Origin: Halomicronema hongdechloris C2206
Lineage (GTDB): Bacteria; Cyanobacteriota; Cyanobacteriia; Phormidesmidales; Phormidesmidaceae
Direction: 5' to 3'
Assembly: GCF_002075285.3 (NCBI RefSeq)
Contig: NZ_CP021983.2
Coordinates: 2,070,001 to 2,102,000, forward strand
DNA length: 32,000 nucleotides
Positions 8,002-14,615 of this stretch are shown one piece after another. The translations under genes and the position numbers were made by a program. Each line of letters starts with the position of its first letter. Position 1 is the stretch's first letter. The notes beneath the pieces are model-generated. The model was given only the letters and a program-made list of their open reading frames with translations, was not told the origin of the DNA and ran no database searches.

Positions 8002-9300
8002 ATGCGTACCTTCTTCATTATTTGGTTGGGTCAATTTATCTCGGCGAACGGCAGTCGGATGACCAACTTTGCGATTAAAATTTGGGCTTGGGAACAAACT
8101 GGGCAAGTCACAACGCTCACCCTAATGGCATTTGTCAGTCTGCTTCCAGGAATATTGATTGCCCCAGTCGCGGGCTTAGTAGTCGATCGCTACAGTCGCA
8201 AACAATTGATGATGTTAGGTGACACAGTTGCAATTGGAGCAACCCTAATACTCTTGCTGCTTTACTTAGACAACAGCTTGCGAATTTGGCATATATACGT
8301 TGTTTCACTAGTTGAAGTGACATTTTATCAATTCCAACACTTGGCTTACTCAGCCTCCATTTCAATGTTGGTACCCAAGCAACACTATACTCGCGCCAGC
8401 AGCATGGAATTTCTGTCTTTCTATGGTGCGCTGGTTGTTGCCCCGGCTCTAGCAGGATCTCTCTATTACATCATTGGTTTTCCAGGTATTGTACTCATCG
8501 ATATCATCACCTTTTCACTGGCGATTCTGACTGTCATATGGGTTCATATTCCTCAACCAATTATGACGCAGCTACCAAAGTTGCAAAAAGCGACGATTAT
8601 AAGTGAGTTGCATTTTGGATTCCGGTATGTGAAGGGACATCCTAGCCTTTTTGCCTTGTTAACAGCGGTTGCCTTGTTTAACTTACCGATGGATTTAAGT
8701 GATGCCCTCTATTCACCGCTGATCCTGGCCCGAACTGACAATGATGCAGTAGTGTTAGGAACCTTAGCCTCAGCAGCAGGCATTGGCGGGGTGATTGGAG
8801 CTTCATTCATGAGTATTTGGGGGGGTCACAAGCGACGAATTAATGGTGTCTTAAGTGGCATGATTGGCGTCGGAATTAGCAAGTTTATCTTTGGCTTGAG
8901 CCGAACCATATTTATTTGGATTCCAGCTCAAGTCTGTTCCTCCTTCAATTTCCCAGTGATTGGAGGATCTGATCAAGCCATCTGGTTAAGCAAAGTTGAA
9001 CCAGAACTGCAAGGACGCGTCTTTGCAGCTAATCAAATGGCTCGAAAAATGACGCTGGCGGTTGCCTTTTTAGTCGCTGGCCCCCTTGCTGATTATGTCT
9101 TTGAACCGGCTATGATGCCATCTGGTAGTCTAGCCCCAATATTCGGAGGATTATTCGGAACTGGTAGAGGTGCAGGCATTGCCCTCCTCTATGCACTCTG
9201 CGCTATTTGTATGTTGCTTGTGGGCTTTGCTGGCTACGCCTTCCCTCTTCTTCGCAACGTCGAATGCAGCATGCCCGATCATGATTCTTCCTCAGTTTAA
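8002..9300 (+). CDS. MFS transporter, EntS/YbdA-like (putative siderophore exporter)
   Basis: 432 aa and highly hydrophobic, with about 12 predicted helices. The N-terminus 'FIIWLGQFISANGSRMTNFAI..W' plus 'AGLVVDRYSRKQLMMLGD' is typical of the EntS-like MFS subfamily. Confidence 0.75.
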   Translation: MRTFFIIWLGQFISANGSRMTNFAIKIWAWEQTGQVTTLTLMAFVSLLPGILIAPVAGLVVDRYSRKQLMMLGDTVAIGATLILLLLYLDNSLRIWHIYVVSLVEVTFYQFQHLAYSASISMLVPKQHYTRASSMEFLSFYGALVVAPALAGSLYYIIGFPGIVLIDIITFSLAILTVIWVHIPQPIMTQLPKLQKATIISELHFGFRYVKGHPSLFALLTAVALFNLPMDLSDALYSPLILARTDNDAVVLGTLASAAGIGGVIGASFMSIWGGHKRRINGVLSGMIGVGISKFIFGLSRTIFIWIPAQVCSSFNFPVIGGSDQAIWLSKVEPELQGRVFAANQMARKMTLAVAFLVAGPLADYVFEPAMMPSGSLAPIFGGLFGTGRGAGIALLYALCAICMLLVGFAGYAFPLLRNVECSMPDHDSSSV

Positions 9301-9489
9301 GGAGATCCATAACTACATGACCACAACTATTGTCAGATGCTGTGTTTTCTTGTCAAGCAAATTGCCAGCACTATAACGCTGCGCCTGCATTCGCCTGTCC
9401 GTAATTGAGTTCAGAGGATATTTGGAAAGTACCCTGCAACCTTGCTCCAGACTGGATTCTGACCAACAGAGCCATACGCTCTAAAACGC

Positions 9490-9841
9490 TTACCCTGCAG
9501 GGCTTTCAGCCGAGTTTTCAAATGTCCTCTCAAAGGGACTTCGATGTTTCAACACGCCATAGACGATATGGAGGAGTTTACGCATCACTGCACCCACCGC
9601 CGCCATTTTACTTTTGCCACGTTTGAGTAATCGCTCGTAAAAGGCCTTGAGTTCAGGGTTGTAGCGTGTTGCACAGACAGCAGGCATGAACAATGCCTTG
9701 CGCAGCCGAGCATTACCAACTTTGGATAAACAGGGACGTTTCTTCACCGACGTACCCGATTGTTTGTCTCGAGGTGTTAAGCCACAATAGGCTGCTAGCT
9801 GACGAGCGTTACTAAATCGGCTCAGATCTGCGTATTTGCAT
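9490..9841 (-). pseudogene. IS110-family transposase, C-terminal fragment only
   Basis: 'RFSNARQLAAYCGLTPRDKQSGTS...GNARLRKALFMPA...YNPELKAFYERL..RGKSKMAAVGAVMRKLL' matches the IS116/IS110/IS902 C-terminal domain. The N-terminal two-thirds is missing. The fragment abuts the inverted repeat at 9842. Confidence 0.75.
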
Positions 9842-9878
9842 AACTTCGGGCTCTTGGCCACTTTTGGTGATCCTTAAT
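9842..9878. repeat. ISL3-type terminal inverted repeat, left copy
   Basis: AACTTCGGGCTCTTGGCCACTTTTGGTGATCCTTAA is the reverse complement of 12204-12239 apart from one mismatch. The internal GGCTCTT start is characteristic of ISL3-family ends. Confidence 0.65.
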
Positions 9879-9887
9879 ACCAATTCT

Positions 9888-10236
9888 CTAAATTCCGGCT
9901 ACAGATAGAGACTCCAATATTGAAGCTCTCCCTGTAATCGAGGCGATGGTGCCCGTCGACAACGCAAGTAATTGCTCCCGGATCACCTGCCGCAATTCAT
10001 CCAAGGTTTTAGGACGGCACCAGCGCAATCGTTTTTTGAGGTATTGCCAGACTTGCTCAATGGGATTGCATTCCGGGGAATGCGCCGGTTGAAACATCAA
10101 GATGATGTTGTCGGGCACCTGTAGGCGCTTGGCCTTGTGCCATCCCGCTTGGTCGAGTTGGATAATTAAGAGACTGTCGGGATATTGCTCTGCAACGAGT
10201 TTGAGAAAGATCTCGAAGCAGTCGGTATTGCAGTGG
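9888..10236 (-). pseudogene. IS630-family transposase, C-terminal fragment
   Basis: By hand translation the frame stays open from 10236 down to the TAG at 9888: '...CFEIFLKLVAEQYPDSLLIIQLDQAGWHKAKRLQVPDNIILMFQPAHSPECNPIEQVWQYLK'. This is the DDE third-acidic-residue region of IS630/Tc1-like transposases. It is cut off exactly at the IS903-like left end (10237). Confidence 0.8.
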
Positions 10237-11311
10237 GGCGTTGTTGCATGAATAGGGCGTTACGGACAGGGTAATGGCATAAGGTTAAAGTACCATCCAA
10301 AACCTGACGCCGATGCAGTACCGAGTCCGTAACTGGTCTGAGTATAACGCTGGCCTGAAGCAGCGTGGAAGTCTCACCATTTGGTTGAGCGAGGATGCCC
10401 TCAAACAGTGGTTGGTGACCACGCCCACGGGACGGCGAGGAGCCTCTAAGACCTACAGTGATACGGCGATAGCGACGGTGGCGACCCTCAAGAGCTTGTT
10501 TCACTTAGCCGGTGCGTATTTGCAGCCGGACGTCAAGCTCAGGGCTTTGTGGAATCGGTGTTTCAGCTGATGAACATACCCTTGCCGGTGCCCGACCACA
10601 GTACGGTATCGCGCCGATTGGCAGCCTTATCGGTGGCGATGCCGATTCAGCCTGCCGGTGGGGCTCGTCATATCGTGGTGGATTCCACCGGTATCAAAGT
10701 CTACGGGGAAGGGGAATGGAAAGCCCGGCAGCATGGCGTGAGCAAGCGGCGTACCTGGCGCAAGCTTCATCTTGGTGTCGATGAGGCGACCGGTGAGATC
10801 AGGGTCGCTGAGGTCACCACCCACGACTATCACGACAGCGAAATTCTTCCCAGTTTGCTCGATGGCATCGATGGTGAGATTGCCCAAGTCTCGGGCGATG
10901 GGGCCTACGACACCTTTGCTTGCCATGAGGCCATTGCCCAACGGAGCGCTGTGGCCACGATTCCGCCGCGACACGATGCCCAGCCCTGTCGGCCCCAGGA
11001 GGAGACCCCGACTCACCCGAGAGACCAGATTTTGCAGAGCATTGAGCAGGTTGGACGGGCGGCCTGGAAGCAAGAGAGCGGCTATCATCGTCGGTCGTTG
11101 GCCGAAACCACGATGTTTCGCCTCAAAGTCACCTTTGGGGGGCATGTTCGCTCTCGGAGCTTTGACAACCAGGCCGTTGAACTCTTCTTGCAGTGTGCCG
11201 CGCTCAACCGCATGATTCAATTGGCCAAGCCCGATAGCTATCCGGTTGAGGCTTAGTTCACGGTTCTGACCACGGAACCCCTGACTCACACACTATTCAT
11301 GCAACAAAGCC
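10237..11311 (+). mobile_element. IS5-family (IS903-group) insertion sequence, complete ends, 1075 bp
   Basis: Terminal inverted repeats GGCGTTGTTGCATGAATAG (10237-10255) and the reverse complement of 11293-11311, GGCTTTGTTGCATGAATAG, match at 18 of 19 positions. They resemble the IS903 IR GGCTTTGTTGAATAAATC. The internal transposase is IS903-like. Confidence 0.8.
10313..11256 (+). pseudogene. IS903-group DDE transposase, interrupted by one frameshift near 10500-10550
   Basis: ORF 10313-10570 ('YRVRNWSEYNAGLKQRGSLTIWLSEDALKQW...YSDTAIATVATLKSLFHL') and ORF 10549-11256 ('ESVFQLMNIPLPVPDHSTVSRR...VVDSTGIKVYGEGEWKARQHG..RRTWRKLHLGVDE...VSGDGAYD') together are collinear with the IS903 transposase. 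Homology switches from frame 2 to frame 1 around 'HL/..GRQAQGFVESVF'. Confidence 0.8.
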
Positions 11312-12207
11312 TTAGGCGAGTTGAACAAGCCACATTAGCGCCTCAAGACAACACCTCTGCTCAGCCTCCTACGCCTGTCCTGTTGGTGCCAAACCAAGCA
11401 GCTGAAAGTAAACGGGATCAGCGCTTGGAGCGCTATGAACAAGTCCATGCTTTACGACAGCAAGGCTATCAAATCAAAGACATTGCTCATCATCTCGGCA
11501 TGGGCAAACGCACTGTCTACACCTACCTGTCCCATGAGACTTTTCCAGAATGGCAACCTCCCATTCGACGACGTGGCAGTGGCCTTGATCCTTACAAAGG
11601 ATATCTCCTTGAACAATGGCAGCAAGGCCAACAACAAACCAAACAACTGTTCATTGACATCCAAAAGCAAGGCTATCAGGGCAGCTATGCCACCGTGGCC
11701 CGTTACACAAGGCAACTGCGTCAGTCACCGCCTCAAGCTCAGCCTCCACCTGAGACTCTCAACGATTTCCCGGGGCGAGGGCCTGCGCCTCAAAATCAAA
11801 CTGCTTCGTCAACTTCCTTAAGTGCCCGCCGTGCGGCTTGGTTACTCTTGCAGCGGGCTGAAAGCCTCACCACTGAGCAGAAGCAAACGCTGGAGCATCT
11901 CTATCAACAACCCGAGTTGACTGACGCGATTACCTTAGCCCAAGGCTTTATCGAACTGGTGCGTCAGCGGCTACCAGAAGATTTGGACGGTTGGTTGGCG
12001 AAGGCAGCCAATAGCTCGGTCAAAGTATTTCAGACGTTTGCGAAGGGCCTCAAGGAAGACTACGACGCCGTCAAAGCAGGTTTGACCTTGGAGGTGAGCA
12101 ATGGCCCCGTCGAAGGCCTCAATAATCGGCTCAAAATGTTAAAGCGACAGATGTTTGGCCGCGCTGGGCTGGATCTGTTAGCCAAACGGTTCATTTTGAC
12201 CAGTTAA
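11312..12207 (+). pseudogene. ISL3-family transposase, C-terminal portion
   Basis: The C-terminus 'LEVSNGPVEGLNNRLKMLKRQMFGRAGLDLLAKRFIL' is the ISL3 signature. The stop codon abuts the right IR. The first four codons of the track ORF (from 11299) come from the IS903-like IR. No zinc finger or DDE core is present upstream. Confidence 0.65.
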
Positions 12208-12239
12208 GGATCACCCAAAGTGGCCAAGAGCCCGAAGTT
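12204..12239. repeat. ISL3-type terminal inverted repeat, right copy
   Basis: TTAAGGATCACCCAAAGTGGCCAAGAGCCCGAAGTT is the inverted partner of 9842-9878. Confidence 0.65.
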
Positions 12240-12261
12240 GGCGTGAATCAGGTGCCGAAGT

Positions 12262-12549
12262 TCATGCGATTTTGCAGGCCAAGCGCTCAGCTAGTTGGAC
12301 CAAAGTCGCATCGTTGTCCGCTTCGACTAACTCCCGTAACACCTCATGATGAGAGGCTTGAAGCGTGGGTTGAGGGCCCCCAGTATAGGGTTTGGGGGCA
12401 ATGCTGCCGGTGGCTTGATACTGTTTCACCAGGAGACGGACGCTATCTTGACTCACTTGAAAGCGCTTGGCTAATTGTCGAATCGACCCTTCGCCTCGCT
12501 CATACAGGGTGACGATGCGGCGACGTAAATCGGCAGAGTGGGGGCACAT
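12262..12549 (-). pseudogene. IS630-family transposase, N-terminal HTH fragment
   Basis: 'DLRRRIVTLYERGEGSIRQLAKRFQVSQDSVRLLVKQYQATGSIAPKPYTGGP' is the typical IS630/Tc1 paired HTH N-terminus. The ORF ends after 95 aa with no catalytic domain following. Confidence 0.75.
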
Positions 12550-12651
12550 AGGGACTACCAGAGCAGTACAAAAGAGCGTACTGCATAAGCTTGCACACCG
12601 CTATACCTTCATGCTCCAGGGACTTGAGCTAGAGATCCCGCCCAATAGCAG

Positions 12652-13448
12652 TTGAATTTCCAAAATGAGAATTGCTGGCTATTACAGGACCCGCCTGCGG
12701 ACGGCGATCTGTGGGATGGTCCGAAAGTAGCGCAGTGGATGAGCGGCGTGTTAGGACGCCCAATCCATCCTCAGCGTGGTTGGGAATATCTCAAAAGTCT
12801 GGAGATGCGTCGCCGTCGTCCTCGTCCCGCTCACATTGACAGTGACATCGAAGTGCAAACGGCGTGGAAAAAAAACTCCCAACTCTCCTCGCCGACTTGA
12901 AGGCAACGTATCCTGAGGCGACTTTTCGAGTTTGGGCAGAAGATGAACATCGCATTGGCTTGCACCCCGTCAATCGCATGGTGTGGGTGCCCCTCGGCGA
13001 GACACCCATCGCTCCCGTGAACTTCAAATATGAGTGGCTGTGGCTCATCGGCTTTGTCGAGCCGAGCAGTGGTGAAACCTATTGGTGGATTGTGCCCCGG
13101 TTAAATTGGCCGATTCTCGAACGGGTCCTGGCGGATTTTGCCCAGGCTTTTGAGGTCAGTGCCACTAATCGCATAGTGTTGGTGCTCGACCAAGCCAGTT
13201 TCCATACGACTCATAAGTTAACAGTTCCAGACGGGATGCACTTGCTGTTTCTACCCCCGCGCTCACCTGAACTCCAACCCGCAGAACGACTCTGGCCACT
13301 CACGAACGAGGCCATTGCCAACCGCAGCTTTGAGTCTTTAGATGAGTTGGAAGCCGTCACAGCTCATCGATGCCGGGTGCTCATGAACCGTCCTGAGTTT
13401 ATGCGTGGGATAACTGGATATCACTGGTGGCTTGAGGCGGTAGCATGA
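12652..13448 (+). mobile_element. IS630-family transposase orfA/orfB (N-terminally truncated) joined by a -1 frameshift site
   Basis: orfA (12652-12900) contains '...DGPKVAQWMSGVLGR..RGWEYLKSL...RPRPAH...AWKK'. orfB (12864-13448) contains 'KLPTLLADLKATYPEATFRVWAEDEHRIGL...LVLDQASFH...FLPPRSPELQPAERLW'. Together they are collinear with single-ORF IS630 transposases. The usual N-terminal HTH region of about 100 aa is missing. Confidence 0.75.
12870..12876 (+). promoter_or_regulatory. Candidate -1 programmed frameshift heptamer A AAA AAC inside an A8 run
   Basis: In the orfA frame the codons are TGG AAA AAA AAC. A -1 slip puts the next codon at 12876 (CTC), which is exactly the orfB frame, giving AWKK(N/K)LPTLL. 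Confidence 0.45.
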
Positions 13449-13550
13449 GCGTGCTTGTTCAAACGGATTTTATATTAAGAAGCGCAGTGCCTTAGCCCGA
13501 TTTTTAGTCCATCATGGCACACCAGATGCAGCACTGTAGATAGCATGGAA

Positions 13551-14525
13551 TCAGATTAAGCCAACTCTGAATAAAGCGTTACCCAACCAGGGAAATTCTA
13601 AGAGAAGTGGCAAAAGACGACCTTTAATAGGAGCAATATCTCTAAATGATTGAAATGCCAATTCAGAGTTACACTCATTTAGGATATTGGTATTTAATGA
13701 AATGCTATCTTCAAGGTTTTTGACCTGATGCCACCATCTTGGAGGAATATAGATCACTTCCCCTGGTTCTAATACCGCTTCTATGGGTTTGGCATGGGCA
13801 TAGAGTGGAAATTGATTGAGATTAGGACTGAAAGCATTCACTTCTCCGCCGTATAGGAAATCCCCTTGATCCGGTGAGAAAAATATGATTTTTTTGCGTC
13901 CAGAAGTCAATGCAACCCATGCTGGCAAATCGTATGAATCGATGTGGAGACCAATAGATGAATCTTTAGGGCCGATATACACGGTAGAGCGCTCCAGTCG
14001 ATATTTCTTTTGCAGTTCCATTGGTAAGCGTTCGAGCCAATTGGGAAAATAAACAGGCACATCATAATCTTGACGTAGCTCAGGAAAGGAAGAGAGCCGT
14101 AATTCTTCCAAATAAAGAGAGCGTTGACGATCGTGGCTAGCTAAGTAGTCGAGATAGTCTGCCAGTTTCATGGTGATGTCTTGATTCCGGCTTCTAATTC
14201 CCTCAGAACAATCTGTGACCGTCACATTGATCGAGCCATAGGTTGACCTAAAAAAATCCAACGTCCATTTTGTTAAGGCAGGCCAGTTTTTAATAACATC
14301 TGTGAGAATAACAGGCTTGCAAACAGAGGCGTAGTCTCTAATAAATTCTTCGTAAGAAAGTTGACTGCGGCGATCGATCAAAGCAACGGCTTCCCAGGAA
14401 ACCTTAAATTGTTTCTTTTGCCATACTCGTTTGAGAAAATAAGTGGCAAGCAATACGGTAATGCCTAAGATAGGTAAAGCAAGTCCTAACCAGAAAATAT
14501 TAAAATGAGAGAGCAGTAATTGCAT
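13551..14525 (-). CDS. Membrane-anchored JmjC/cupin_8-type Fe(II)/2-oxoglutarate oxygenase (putative tailoring hydroxylase)
   Basis: N-terminal TM helix 'IFWLGLALPILGITVLLATYFL'. HxD facial-triad motif 'GLHIDSYD', 'WVALTSGRKKIIFFSP', and the distal His in 'GEVIYIPPRWWHQVKNLEDSISLNTN'. It is the last gene of the minus-strand biosynthetic operon. Confidence 0.75.
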   Translation of the reverse strand: MQLLLSHFNIFWLGLALPILGITVLLATYFLKRVWQKKQFKVSWEAVALIDRRSQLSYEEFIRDYASVCKPVILTDVIKNWPALTKWTLDFFRSTYGSINVTVTDCSEGIRSRNQDITMKLADYLDYLASHDRQRSLYLEELRLSSFPELRQDYDVPVYFPNWLERLPMELQKKYRLERSTVYIGPKDSSIGLHIDSYDLPAWVALTSGRKKIIFFSPDQGDFLYGGEVNAFSPNLNQFPLYAHAKPIEAVLEPGEVIYIPPRWWHQVKNLEDSISLNTNILNECNSELAFQSFRDIAPIKGRLLPLLLEFPWLGNALFRVGLI

Positions 14526-14615
14526 TGTTATACCAGGATTAAGTATTTCAAATTAGGAAAACTATGAGGATAAAAAGCAATGGCCAGTTAGTTGCCAACA
14601 GTTTGACTTCTATTC

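Noticed and set aside
9836-12270. The motif 'GCAT(G)AACTTCGG' occurs both at the left IR junction (9838-9849) and, in reverse complement, about 20 nt outside the right IR (12254-12266). It could be a remnant target duplication.
   Set aside because: The orientation and spacing do not fit an 8-bp direct duplication. It is a roughly 12-nt match with an indel and could be chance.
9862-12700. Possible extra homology between the left IR region and the start of the second IS630. The reverse complement of the left IR region reads '...GAGAATTGGTATTAAGGATCACC', encoding GSPKVA. The second IS630 start reads '...GAGAATTGCTGGCTATTACAGGACC', encoding DGPKVA. This hinted that the 36-bp repeat might be IS630-derived.
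   Set aside because: The alignment needs several indels and rests on short words. The GGCTCTT terminus and the overlap with the ISL3 stop codon fit an ISL3 end better. It cannot be resolved by eye.
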